Below are positions 1-8,522 of a stretch of 56,960 nucleotides of DNA, piece by piece. Every line of letters starts with the position of its first letter. Position 1 is the first letter of the stretch. Made by a program: the position numbers and the translations under genes. Source of the stretch: a virus; IMG/VR virus record IMGVR_UViG_3300008223_000001, positions 1 to 56,960 of that record; one strand, 5' to 3'. Below the pieces are notes generated by a model, which did no database searches, was not told the DNA's origin, and worked only from the letters and a program-made list of their open reading frames with translations.

Positions 1-123
1 CTTGCTGAAAAGAATAAACAAAGCCTCGCAAGTGGGCGCTAAAGCTGGGAGTCGTCCTAAATTTAGCCGACGACGTAATGCGCCGGACGAAAAACCAGCA
101 AGCATTCGTGACAAGATGAATGC
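1..123. repeat. Terminal overlap, copy 1 (identical to 56838-56960)
   Basis: Base-by-base comparison: cttgctgaaaagaataaacaaagcctcg...gacaagatgaatgc is present at both ends. It lies inside a continuous reading frame. Confidence 0.95.
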
Positions 124-3007
124 GGCCGGTGGCGTTGTTAAGCATAAAGCGGATGCCATTCGTAACTTAAAGCTTGATGATTTGATGGCGATGTCGAAAG
201 ATCGTCGTGCCGTGATGCTTAATTTGATGACCGGCTTGCAGATTGAAGAGGTCTATAAATCGGTGTTTGATCAGATCAAAGCCGGTAATCCTTTGACGGA
301 GTATGCGAAGTTACTGCAAAGCATGGATGCCGTGCGCAATAACATCATGCACGATGCTGAAATGATTAATCAGTTATGGGACAAATTGAGCCCTAAAGAA
401 AGTGAAATCATGTCAGATCTAATGCTCGATGCGACATTTATGGGCCTGAATCCCGATCGCAATTACACAACGAGAGTGAATGTCGTCGGGATCAACAAGC
501 GCTTAGACACCATCCAGAAGCAATTAAATCATGCTGACTTTTTCAAGGACAGTAGTGAGGCCGCCATGTTATCGCTCAAAGGCGAACAAAAGCGACTCAT
601 GCGTGAACTCGATAACGAGAACCAGCGCCGACTCGCCTACCCTGTCTTGCGTAATCGTTATGAATCCATGTCAGATGAAGCCGTTGAAGTGTATCAGGCG
701 GTGAAAGGTTTCTTTGATAAGCAATGGGAAGATCAAAAGCGAGCCGTGCTCGATCGTATTGACCGTGCCTTTAATGATGATCCGGAAGCGTCGGACGTGG
801 CCAAAGAGGAAGTTGAGGCGATCTTTATGAAACGCTTAAAAGACGGCCCTTACTTTCCGCTTTCTCGTTTTGGTGACTTTGTATTAATTGCCAAGAAGGG
901 TGATGAATATATCCGTGAACATTTTGAGAACAGCACCGCGCGTGATCATCAGGCCAGTAAGTTTGAGGATCTTGGTTATGTTGTGACGAAAACAAAGACG
1001 AAAGAGTTTGTGCCAACCGACCTTGGCGACGTACCGGCCTTTGGGTCGGAAGTGTTCAGTTTACTCGATGATCATTTAGTCGGGGAACGGTTCCAAGACC
1101 TGAAAGACGACCTGAAGGACGATATTAATCAGCTGATTTTGAAAATGATGCCAGATGTCAGTTCGCTAAAACATTCGATCCATCGTAAAAAGATCAAAGG
1201 TTTTTCACAGGATTCACGTCGTGCCTTCTCACACACCGCCTTTCATGGTGCACACCATCTTACCCGTATCAAGCACGCTGATTTAATGCAGCATGAAATT
1301 GATGCGATGACGGATGAGGTCGACACCCTTGAAAAGTTACCGGAAAAAAGCGCGATTAGAAAAGACCAGGGGGACGTTGCGCGTGATGTTGCGAATCACA
1401 TGCGCGTACGCCACCATAAAATCATGAATCCGGACGCCTCGCCTTGGACAGCCTATGCCGGCAATCTTGGGTTTGTGATGTATTTGGGCTTTAGTTTGGG
1501 GGCTGGCTTAGTCAATTTGACCCAAACCGGCTTAATTGTCGCGCCGAAAATTGGCGCTAAGTATGGGCTGAAGGCCGCCTTTAAGGAATTGAACAAAGCC
1601 TTATTGCAATATACCCGCGCGCCTTTCAAGAAGGGAACTTATGAGTCGTGGAAATCCTTAAGCCGGAGTCAGGAGATTAAAAACGATGAGCGAGCGATGT
1701 TGATTCAATTGATCCGTGAAGGAACGATCGACACCACACAAGCCCACTCATTGGCCCAACTGTCTGAAACCGATACCCGTATGAGTAAAGAGGGTAATTT
1801 AAGCGAAAAAACCACACGATTTATGCGCTATAGCTCTGCCCTCTTTCATAATGCCGAGACCTTGAACCGAGAAGTCGCAGCACTGGCAGCGTATCGTATT
1901 GCGGTGAAAAATGGCGTGGACAAAGAGGCGGCTAAGATTTACGCCCGAAAAATGATTAACGATGGTCACTTTAATTACACCTCCACGAACCGCTCACAAT
2001 TCATGAAGAATGATGTGGTGAAAGTGCTCACACAGTTCCGGCAGTACTCGCAACACATATTGTTCACCTTAATTCGTGATACGCATCAAAGCCTCAAAGG
2101 TGAGACCAAAGAGATTAAACGGGAAGCACGCAAGGAATTGTCGGGCATTCTGGCACTACATTTTGTGGTGGCGGGGTTCTTAGGTCTGCCGTGGTTAGTT
2201 CAAGCGCCAATTTTATTAATGGGCAACTTGTTCCGTGATGATGACGATGAGCCCTACGAATTTGAAGATGATGCGCGTTCTTGGTTAGCTGAAAATCTTG
2301 GTGAAACCGCCGCAACCGCGTTGATGAAAGGCACCATTAATGCGTTGACGCCATTTGATTTGCATAGTCGGGTGAAATTAGACGGCCTACTGGTAATGAG
2401 CAACGACCGCGACTCTGAAATCAGAGACACCGGCGACATTATTATGCGGATGGTGGCCGGCCCAATGGGGGGATTACTCAGCAATTATGCACGAGGAGTC
2501 GACAATATTTCACAAGGCAATATTGAACGCGGCATCGAGAGTCTTGTGCCTAAAGCAGTACGTGATGTCATGCGATCAGGGCGTTATGCGGATGAGGGCT
2601 TGGTGGATTACAACGGCAATGAATTGATTCAGGAATTTACGGCACCGGAATTAGTGGGCCAAGCTGCGGGTATCGCGCCGGCGCGAGTGGGCGATTATTA
2701 CAAGGAAGCCAATGCTTTTAAAAACGCACAGAAGCGAATAGAGAAGCAACGTAAAACCATGCTGCGAAACTATGCCAAAGCGGCCGAAGATGGCGACGAC
2801 ACGAGCCGTGAGCAGTTGTTGGATGAAATGATTGAGTTCACTCAGAAGTACCCGACCCGTGCGATCTTTGCCGACAGTATTGTGCGATCAATGATGAGTC
2901 GAATTAAGCGTCGTCAGAAATTCGAGAACGGCATTTACTTACCCGACACCTACAACTTTCTTAGAAAACGAATTAACTTTAGAGGCAATGCCAATGACGA
3001 GTCATAA
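2..3007 (+). CDS. Giant polyvalent protein, 3' part (last 1,001 codons; PLxRFG region with hydrophobic hairpins)
   Basis: At 56821 the frame reads ...YTDLAF LLKRINKASQ..., which is the start of the listed 2..3007 ORF. 10,772 + 3,007 nt = 13,779 nt, divisible by 3. The 'M' at position 2 in the track is an internal TTG Leu. Motif PYFPLSRFGDF is present. Hydrophobic segments are YAGNLGFVMYLGFSLGAGLVNL (about 1444-1560) and LSGILALHFVVAGFLGLPWLVQAPILLMGNLF (about 2140-2235). TAA is at 3005-3007. Confidence 0.9.
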   Translation: MLKRINKASQVGAKAGSRPKFSRRRNAPDEKPASIRDKMNAAGGVVKHKADAIRNLKLDDLMAMSKDRRAVMLNLMTGLQIEEVYKSVFDQIKAGNPLTEYAKLLQSMDAVRNNIMHDAEMINQLWDKLSPKESEIMSDLMLDATFMGLNPDRNYTTRVNVVGINKRLDTIQKQLNHADFFKDSSEAAMLSLKGEQKRLMRELDNENQRRLAYPVLRNRYESMSDEAVEVYQAVKGFFDKQWEDQKRAVLDRIDRAFNDDPEASDVAKEEVEAIFMKRLKDGPYFPLSRFGDFVLIAKKGDEYIREHFENSTARDHQASKFEDLGYVVTKTKTKEFVPTDLGDVPAFGSEVFSLLDDHLVGERFQDLKDDLKDDINQLILKMMPDVSSLKHSIHRKKIKGFSQDSRRAFSHTAFHGAHHLTRIKHADLMQHEIDAMTDEVDTLEKLPEKSAIRKDQGDVARDVANHMRVRHHKIMNPDASPWTAYAGNLGFVMYLGFSLGAGLVNLTQTGLIVAPKIGAKYGLKAAFKELNKALLQYTRAPFKKGTYESWKSLSRSQEIKNDERAMLIQLIREGTIDTTQAHSLAQLSETDTRMSKEGNLSEKTTRFMRYSSALFHNAETLNREVAALAAYRIAVKNGVDKEAAKIYARKMINDGHFNYTSTNRSQFMKNDVVKVLTQFRQYSQHILFTLIRDTHQSLKGETKEIKREARKELSGILALHFVVAGFLGLPWLVQAPILLMGNLFRDDDDEPYEFEDDARSWLAENLGETAATALMKGTINALTPFDLHSRVKLDGLLVMSNDRDSEIRDTGDIIMRMVAGPMGGLLSNYARGVDNISQGNIERGIESLVPKAVRDVMRSGRYADEGLVDYNGNELIQEFTAPELVGQAAGIAPARVGDYYKEANAFKNAQKRIEKQRKTMLRNYAKAAEDGDDTSREQLLDEMIEFTQKYPTRAIFADSIVRSMMSRIKRRQKFENGIYLPDTYNFLRKRINFRGNANDES
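857..874 (+). other. PLxRFG signature
   Basis: Codons ccg ctt tct cgt ttt ggt give P-L-S-R-F-G. Confidence 0.7.
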
Positions 3008-3239
3008 CGAAACTATCTCTATAGAACTATTGGCCAGCGAGATCGATGTCGAAGTGGACTTCGATTTTGAGCCTGCCGTAGCGGGGTGTTACACGGGGCT
3101 ACCTGAAAACTGTTTCCCCGATGAGCCGGAAGTACTCGAAATCAACAAGCTTACAGTCGGAAAAGTGGACGTAAGCTGGATGATTGAAGGTAATGAGCTA
3201 ATGCTTGTCGAGTTAGTTAAAGAAAGTGCGATGGCTTAG
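2988..3239 (+). CDS. Hypothetical small acidic protein
   Basis: 83-aa ORF whose start overlaps the end of the giant ORF. It is the last gene of the plus-strand block. No motif recognised. Confidence 0.4.
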   Translation: MPMTSHNETISIELLASEIDVEVDFDFEPAVAGCYTGLPENCFPDEPEVLEINKLTVGKVDVSWMIEGNELMLVELVKESAMA

Positions 3240-3586
3240 CCGATCGTACAATTTCTAATGCGGTGTCGATAGTCTCTTTTTTTATCGAGCAATCGGTCAT
3301 GATAGGTAGAGAAAACAACGATTGCCATTTCAAGCGTTTCTTCGTAATCATGCCCCGCGTGAAGACCTTGAGCAACGACTTGATTAAATAGCACTTGCTT
3401 ACACCGCTCGTCACTTATGTTGTTTTGCATGAGCGACAGCGCAAAATTAAGCATTCTAGAATAGTCTACTTGTTCCGCCGCGCATTTGTTCACGATCGCC
3501 TCAAAAAGCCCATCGGTTTGCATCACTTCTTTGATCACCGGTGACATTTGATCGATCAAGACTTGTTTGTGTGAGTCAAACTCCAT
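3236..3586 (-). CDS. Hypothetical protein
   Basis: 116-aa ORF, convergent with the plus block. It overlaps the next minus-strand gene by 11 nt (operon-like). Confidence 0.45.
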   Translation of the reverse strand: MEFDSHKQVLIDQMSPVIKEVMQTDGLFEAIVNKCAAEQVDYSRMLNFALSLMQNNISDERCKQVLFNQVVAQGLHAGHDYEETLEMAIVVFSTYHDRLLDKKRDYRHRIRNCTIG

Positions 3587-3968
3587 TTGCCACCTCGCTT
3601 AATGCTGCCTTTAATCTTTGCTTTAGATTTTCTAAATCTGTAATAGTATCATTCAATCTTAGCACAACATTCGTTTCCATCGCGTCGCATAGGTCGTATC
3701 TAAATCTTTTCAAGGAATCGATGGTTCGTGCGATGTCCTGAGTCTGCTTTCTGACTACAACACTATTGTATCGATCAACAATAAGCGGTGGGAGTGCTGC
3801 TCTGTCTTTATGAAATGCCTTGCACGATCCGCAATAGTAGTTTTTAACGTCATTTTGGTTGTAGCTTGATTTTAAGCACACCTTGCAGTGAATGGCTTTG
3901 CTATTCTGATTGTCGTCATAAAATATTTCGTATGCGTTTGAGCTTTCTAGTGTTTTAAAGTTAAGCAT
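3576..3968 (-). CDS. Zinc-ribbon protein, hypothetical
   Basis: 130 aa. CKVC...CGSC pairs, followed by a helical C-terminus. Confidence 0.5.
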   Translation of the reverse strand: MLNFKTLESSNAYEIFYDDNQNSKAIHCKVCLKSSYNQNDVKNYYCGSCKAFHKDRAALPPLIVDRYNSVVVRKQTQDIARTIDSLKRFRYDLCDAMETNVVLRLNDTITDLENLKQRLKAALSEVANGV

Positions 3969-4674
3969 TTTTACGTTCCAATTTTTTAAGTTCTATTTTT
4001 ATCTGCATTAGGTGTCTTGCTTCAATGCCATGACTTCGAGCAAGCGCTCTGAGTTGGTGTCGCTTTTCTATCCAAGTACGCAGCGTCATAAGTGCAACGT
4101 TAAACAATTCTGCTACTTTGACCTGTGATGTTCCGTTGTTGAGCTCCATAATAATGTCGCTTTCATGGATATCTAATTTGCTTTTGATAATCGCGCCAAT
4201 GGCTCGACCGTTGGTTAATCCTCGTTTGCTTCTAATTTCGCACGCGGTGGTTGCTTTATGTGCCCTTCCCTCTGATAATTTCATCGCCCCAAAGGCTTCA
4301 CCTAGCAATAAAAACATCGTACTGGCCTCATTTTCAACTGAGGAATCAATTACTGTTCGGGAATAACAAAAAACAATCTGCGCCCCCGTATCAATAATGG
4401 CTTGAACTAAGCCGACTACCGCCATCGGCTTTTGGCGACTAATCCTCGCCACGTCCGACACCAAAACAATATCCCCCTTGTTTAGCTTGCCTGCTAAATC
4501 TAACCAGCCTCTTTGCTCGATCGTCGTATTGTATCCAGAGACATTACGTTCGATGAAGTTCTTTGCTGGGATGAGCAAGCCCTCTTCAGTGGCATATTTT
4601 GAAATAGCATGGCGCTGAGCGCGTGAATCTTGTTTGTCCGAGTCACTGACTCTTATATAGGCATAAACGGTCAT
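3961..4674 (-). CDS. Small serine recombinase (resolvase/invertase family)
   Basis: MTVYAYIRVSDSDKQDSRAQ (YxRVSxxxQ catalytic Ser motif). VLVSDVARISR. C-terminal HTH VKVAELFNVALMTLRTWI. The likely start is the ATG at 4674 rather than the track start at 4755. Confidence 0.85.
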   Translation of the reverse strand: MTVYAYIRVSDSDKQDSRAQRHAISKYATEEGLLIPAKNFIERNVSGYNTTIEQRGWLDLAGKLNKGDIVLVSDVARISRQKPMAVVGLVQAIIDTGAQIVFCYSRTVIDSSVENEASTMFLLLGEAFGAMKLSEGRAHKATTACEIRSKRGLTNGRAIGAIIKSKLDIHESDIIMELNNGTSQVKVAELFNVALMTLRTWIEKRHQLRALARSHGIEARHLMQIKIELKKLERKNA

Positions 4675-4892
4675 TTTTTGTACGACTTCCTTGATGTCTA
4701 GTTTAGAGGTTTGATTTACCGTTAAACTGTATAGGATTGTGATGAATTCAGCCACTACTTTCTTATATAGTTTAGAGATTACTCTAGACTATGTTTGTTT
4801 TGGGTGTTGGTAGATCAGCAATGTGCGATCTAAATAAATCGGTTTTATCGGGTCGCACTTGTAGGTTTATCAGGAATTTTTAAGGTTAAAAA

Positions 4893-4929
4893 CGTTGCAA
4901 CTGCGGTGAATTCGTTGCAACTGCGGTGA
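4893..4929. repeat. Two direct copies of CGTTGCAACTGCGGTGA (20-bp period)
   Basis: Copies at 4893-4909 and 4913-4929, located between the recombinase gene and the iterons. Confidence 0.8.
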
Positions 4930-4946
4930 TTTTCTTTTCTACCTGT

Positions 4947-5044
4947 GCTAAGCAAGAGCTAGCCTCTACTAAGCAAGAGGTTGAAAATTAATATCACTGC
5001 TTAGTAGTGATATTGAAAAGACCTACCCCCTATGCTAAGCAGAA
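4947..5044. repeat. CTAAGCA(A/G)(G/A)AG motif x3 plus an 8-bp-arm palindrome carrying the same core
   Basis: gctaagcaagag at 4947, actaagcaagag at 4968, gctaagcagaag at 5033. Palindrome atatcact-gcttagt-agtgatat at 4991-5013. Confidence 0.7.
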
Positions 5045-5154
5045 GGGATACCCCGAACGAACGGTGTTCGTTCAATAATTGTGTTCGCTGCATTCCTAAG
5101 CTTGACTATTCGCAACACTTACTGAATGAAACTTATCCCCTGCTTCTGTGTATA

Positions 5155-5182
5155 AAGGTGTGGAAAGGTGTGGTTAAGGTGT
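5155..5182. promoter_or_regulatory. Three AAGGTGT repeats at 10-11 bp phasing, including a DnaA-box-like TGTGGTTAA
   Basis: AAGGTGT at 5155, 5165 and 5176. TGTGGTTAA (5169-5177) is one mismatch from TGTGGATAA. It lies immediately upstream of the iterons. Confidence 0.4.
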
Positions 5183-5190
5183 TAATGGGT

Positions 5191-5296
5191 ACGTGGTTTC
5201 GTCCCCAAGCGATACGTGGTTTCGTCCCCACATCTACGTGGTTTCGTCCCCACATCTACGTGGTTTCGTCCCCACATCTACGTGGTTTCGTCCCCA
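5191..5296. repeat. Iteron array: 5 x ACGTGGTTTCGTCCCCA, spaced 22-23 bp (candidate plasmid origin)
   Basis: Copies start at 5191, 5214, 5236, 5258 and 5280. The last three units are perfect 22-mers. The array is adjacent to repA. Confidence 0.85.
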
Positions 5297-5329
5297 TCGC
5301 TCCTTTATAGCCCTTTGATAGCAAGGGAT

Positions 5330-5414
5330 TTGAGCGGTGCATAACTAAATAACTTGTTAACATGTTAATAGATCTTTTTATAATAGTAAGAGACACTTTG
5401 ATCATTTATTGATC
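5330..5414. promoter_or_regulatory. AT-rich segment with three GATC sites (candidate unwinding element)
   Basis: GATC at 5371, 5400 and 5411, within a visibly AT-rich stretch between the iterons and the 3' end of repA. Confidence 0.4.
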
Positions 5415-6288
5415 ATAACGGCTTTTTCTTGTGTTTTTTGGCTAAAGATCCAATCGGCATCGGTTTTGGTCTCGCTATCACAACGTTATCAACTAACGTT
5501 AATTTATAATCAGGGATTAAGTTCGCTGTGATACGTTTATTAAGCTGCTTCCTAAATCCGATAAGGTTTTCAACCGACCCCGATCGCTTATGAAGATTCT
5601 CTATACGAATCGGCCATTTCTTTTGATTATGACAATGCCTATTCGCTAATTCATACAAACGACGATCTAGCGCTGCTCTGATTTTGAAGTAATCAGGATT
5701 AATCGTGGCAAAGTTTTTGGGATCTTCTAGCGACTCAAGCAGGACAGAGGGCAATTCAAGCTTAATACTGAGCATTCGACCATCTTTCTTATCATCGGTT
5801 CTAACCACGTCAAAATCATCAAGAAGGTTAAAAGACCGGATACGCTTTGTTTCACTCTTCTCGTTTTTTAAAACAATCTCTATATTAGTGTGCTTTAAGC
5901 GACGTAAAGCCGCCAATAAGCGATCATAGTCATCAGCCGAAGGCTTAGGTCTCTTTCCAGTACGATTAGTCGTCATGAGAAGGTCATGAGCTATCAGCAG
6001 CACATCTTTACCTATTGGCTCATTCCTATTCTTAGCCGCCATTAAATGACTCATACAATAGATAATCACATCTTTGTCATGAATCGTGGCATGACCAACC
6101 TCAAGACCAGGCGTAACTTTTATTTTCACCCTGTCATCTTCATAAACTCGAATATGCTTATCAATTTCATGCTCTTGAACTTTAGCGGCTGTATTGCTTA
6201 AGCTGTAAAGAGGTGCAGACATGGACTCTAAGTCGTCTTTAAACGAAACATCGAACAAATCACACACGAAAAGGTCTATTTGATCCAT
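5413..6288 (-). CDS. repA: Plasmid replication initiator (RepA / 'replication initiator protein A' type)
   Basis: 291 aa. The N-terminus DLFVCDLFDVSFKDDLESMSAPLYSLS matches the pattern I know from RPA-family initiators. It is adjacent to the iteron array. Confidence 0.7.
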   Translation of the reverse strand: MDQIDLFVCDLFDVSFKDDLESMSAPLYSLSNTAAKVQEHEIDKHIRVYEDDRVKIKVTPGLEVGHATIHDKDVIIYCMSHLMAAKNRNEPIGKDVLLIAHDLLMTTNRTGKRPKPSADDYDRLLAALRRLKHTNIEIVLKNEKSETKRIRSFNLLDDFDVVRTDDKKDGRMLSIKLELPSVLLESLEDPKNFATINPDYFKIRAALDRRLYELANRHCHNQKKWPIRIENLHKRSGSVENLIGFRKQLNKRITANLIPDYKLTLVDNVVIARPKPMPIGSLAKKHKKKPL

Positions 6289-6291
6289 TAC

Positions 6292-6486
6292 TCACCTCAA
6301 AAATGAATTACGTAAATTTCGATTGTTTTTTAATTCTATTACACGTCTGTTGTAAGATGCGTTTTTATTAATTCGTTTCAACTCTTCCTTGCAAGCTGGA
6401 TCGTCATAACATGTTCTTCTGCGCTTTGATAAGGGCGTAAAGGACGTGTGACAAATACAACAGTCAATGGGATCTAATTGGCTCAT
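6292..6486 (-). CDS. Small Cys-rich basic protein
   Basis: 64 aa. CCICH...C...C. Translationally coupled between 6483..6737 and repA. Confidence 0.45.
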   Translation of the reverse strand: MSQLDPIDCCICHTSFTPLSKRRRTCYDDPACKEELKRINKNASYNRRVIELKNNRNLRNSFLR

Positions 6487-6737
6487 TGTTTTGGCAATTC
6501 TTCTATCATTGCATTAAGCCATTTTCGCTTTAATTGATTTTCATCTTGGCAAAGCTTCTTTTTTAGGAGATCCAACGGGGACGGCCCTTTGCCCTTTACC
6601 AGCTGGCCTACAACCACTTCAACTGACGAATAACGCTCGTTACAATCTAAACACCTATACCGCCTTATTCTATAACCGTCCTTATGACGTCTAGTATCGA
6701 TACAGCTTGCTTTTAAATGAGCACATAACGCTGTCAT
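6483..6737 (-). CDS. NrdR-like zinc-ribbon protein (no ATP-cone)
   Basis: SCIDTRRHKDGYRIRRYRCLDCNERYSSVEV resembles the NrdR N-terminus (V-I-D-S-R...RRRR-C-x2-C-x-E-R-F-T-T-F-E). Confidence 0.4.
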   Translation of the reverse strand: MTALCAHLKASCIDTRRHKDGYRIRRYRCLDCNERYSSVEVVVGQLVKGKGPSPLDLLKKKLCQDENQLKRKWLNAMIEELPKQ

Positions 6738-6782
6738 GATTAGCTTTTCCTATTAGAAAAATTAAAACGCTTAAACGACAAA

Positions 6783-7118
6783 TTAAATCCTGTTAAACGC
6801 CTCAAGTATTGCCAAGCAAATTGCTTTATTAGTGTGTTTATCTCCTGTTGATTCAATATTTCCTCCTGTCCATGTTGCCGTAGTGTTGCCAATTCGTGGA
6901 GATACTTTAATCGCATACTTGACCATCAATTCAAAACACAAAGCATCATTTGTTATTGGGTTGTATAGATCCTCAAATGAGGGGATCTTAACGAAATTAA
7001 CAAGGCCTTGCTGATGACGCTCCCAGAACACGTCCCTTCGACTTGTTATTTCTTCAGTTATTTTGCAGTGCACGCCTTCAATTTCTGCAATACGGTGGCA
7101 TATTTCTAAGTTATCCAA
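6783..7118 (-). CDS. Hypothetical protein
   Basis: 111-aa ORF in the minus-strand early operon. Confidence 0.45.
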   Translation of the reverse strand: MDNLEICHRIAEIEGVHCKITEEITSRRDVFWERHQQGLVNFVKIPSFEDLYNPITNDALCFELMVKYAIKVSPRIGNTTATWTGGNIESTGDKHTNKAICLAILEAFNRI

Positions 7119-7168
7119 AACTATCTCCCCTAAAATTAAAACGCTATAACGACAAATCTTAAAGTTGG

Positions 7169-7399
7169 TTAATCCAAACCCACTAAAAAATCGTGGGTGT
7201 AAGCTTCTAGAGCCATTGCAAACATGCTATGTTCTTGAGGGCATACAGCCTTAAAAAAGTCGTGATACCCTTTCGCTTCATATCCTAGAACTTTCCAAAA
7301 CTTTGCAGCCAATGTGTTCAAATCTCGATAGGTTTCATAATCAATTTCGATTATTTCACCTTGGACTTCAAATGTTTTATTTATCCAAATTATTTGCAT
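7169..7399 (-). CDS. Hypothetical protein
   Basis: 76-aa ORF, same operon. Confidence 0.4.
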   Translation of the reverse strand: MQIIWINKTFEVQGEIIEIDYETYRDLNTLAAKFWKVLGYEAKGYHDFFKAVCPQEHSMFAMALEAYTHDFLVGLD

Positions 7400-7430
7400 T
7401 TCTTACTTTTCCTGTTTGACAGAAAGAAGC

Positions 7431-7637
7431 CTAGCTAAAAGCTTCATCTTCTAGATCGAAGTCCATCAACTCACAATCAGATTCTCCCTCTGTTTTTTCA
7501 GAACAACACAAGTTTCTCAATACTACGTCAGAGCGCTCTTTTAAGTCCTGAAGAAAGGCTTCCATTTCATCGTCGCGCAAATCCAAAACCACGCTATGTT
7601 GGATTTTTTGATCCCAGTGTAATTTTATTTTAGGCAT
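7431..7637 (-). CDS. Hypothetical acidic protein
   Basis: 68-aa ORF. Confidence 0.4.
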   Translation of the reverse strand: MPKIKLHWDQKIQHSVVLDLRDDEMEAFLQDLKERSDVVLRNLCCSEKTEGESDCELMDFDLEDEAFS

Positions 7638-7685
7638 TATTTTTATCCTTATTCTGATTAGTGATATTAAAAATATTAAAGATAT

Positions 7686-7910
7686 TCAGCGTGGGTCAAA
7701 ACCCGCATTAGCCAAAGCTTCACGAATTCGATTGCCACCACGTTTCATATTTTCCAATTCTGTAGAGTGGAATTCATTAGCCTTGAGCAGATAATCATCA
7801 TGGCCCATTCGTTTATAGAATTCTGCCGTGGCTTCTGCTTGAGCTTCCGTCATTTCGATTATGATTTTTACTTTTTCCTTTGAATCTTCCATTTCCATAT
7901 CCTCACTCAT
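7686..7910 (-). CDS. Hypothetical protein
   Basis: 74-aa ORF, overlapping the next gene by 8 nt. Confidence 0.4.
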   Translation of the reverse strand: MSEDMEMEDSKEKVKIIIEMTEAQAEATAEFYKRMGHDDYLLKANEFHSTELENMKRGGNRIREALANAGFDPR

Positions 7911-8187
7911 CGTCTATATGAATTGTGTACTCGCGATTATATTTGTCTACGAGCGCGCCAATTATCAGTTCCCTAACTGTTGGGTAATGCCCCATTCCAT
8001 GGTTAAGGTTGACCTCTCTAAAAATAAATCCTTCGGACTCTTTTTTGATTTTGTATGTCGCGTGGCAATCCTTGACTTTGCCTGTCCCATAATCCATTTC
8101 AGCATCCACCTTGCAGGTGATTAGGTGCATGTTCTTTTCACCTACCCTCTTTCCATTCTTCAGGCTATATTCCAATTTAATTTCCAT
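7903..8187 (-). CDS. Hypothetical protein
   Basis: 94-aa ORF. Its start overlaps the stop of the upstream gene. Confidence 0.45.
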   Translation of the reverse strand: MEIKLEYSLKNGKRVGEKNMHLITCKVDAEMDYGTGKVKDCHATYKIKKESEGFIFREVNLNHGMGHYPTVRELIIGALVDKYNREYTIHIDDE

Positions 8188-8519
8188 TAATCCACCACCA
8201 CTTTCTTTCTATTCAAAAACTCTCGCTTAATCGGCGTTCCATCGAGCGTTAGCGTTAGGTCAAAGTAGCGATAGATGCGTTCAATGGTCTCGCTTTGAGG
8301 TGATATAGTTTCGCCATCAATTAGGCGAGTAATTGTGGATGAGCATAGAAAACATCCATCTGCGATTACTCCGTGATCCATACCGCTTGCGTTGATCAAA
8401 TCAATAGCGACATCTTTCAATTTGCGTTCACTATTGCCGATGGCGGTCATATTGCAGTTCTTATATATGCGCGCCTTTATCATTTCTGTTATCTGTTCTT
8501 GCTGTGCAGGTAAGCTCAT
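8187..8519 (-). CDS. Putative HTH DNA-binding protein
   Basis: 110 aa. The segment CSSTITRLIDGETISPQSETIERIYRYF is XRE-like. Confidence 0.4.
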   Translation of the reverse strand: MSLPAQQEQITEMIKARIYKNCNMTAIGNSERKLKDVAIDLINASGMDHGVIADGCFLCSSTITRLIDGETISPQSETIERIYRYFDLTLTLDGTPIKREFLNRKKVVVD

Positions 8520-8522
8520 GGC

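Noticed and set aside
1-123. The 123-bp end repeat as a biological direct terminal repeat of a T7-like linear genome.
   Set aside because: The repeat sits inside, and in phase with, a 13.8-kb reading frame that is only intact when the ends are joined. An assembly overlap of a circular or permuted molecule explains this better. Read-start analysis would settle it.
3961-4755. Serine recombinase as an integrase, implying a chromosomal prophage.
   Set aside because: It is resolvase/invertase-sized (about 237 aa from ATG 4674) with a simple C-terminal HTH. It lacks the large C-terminal domains of large serine integrases. RepA, iterons and ParA argue for plasmid maintenance and a multimer-resolution role.
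5032-5310. 92-aa plus-strand ORF over the iteron region, and the thought that the 22-bp periodic array might be a CRISPR.
   Set aside because: The protein is simply the iterons translated (WFRPQ/WFRPH repeated). The repeats are contiguous, with only 5-6 bp between 17-mers and no unique spacers. A RepA gene lies adjacent. It is an origin iteron array, not a gene or a CRISPR.
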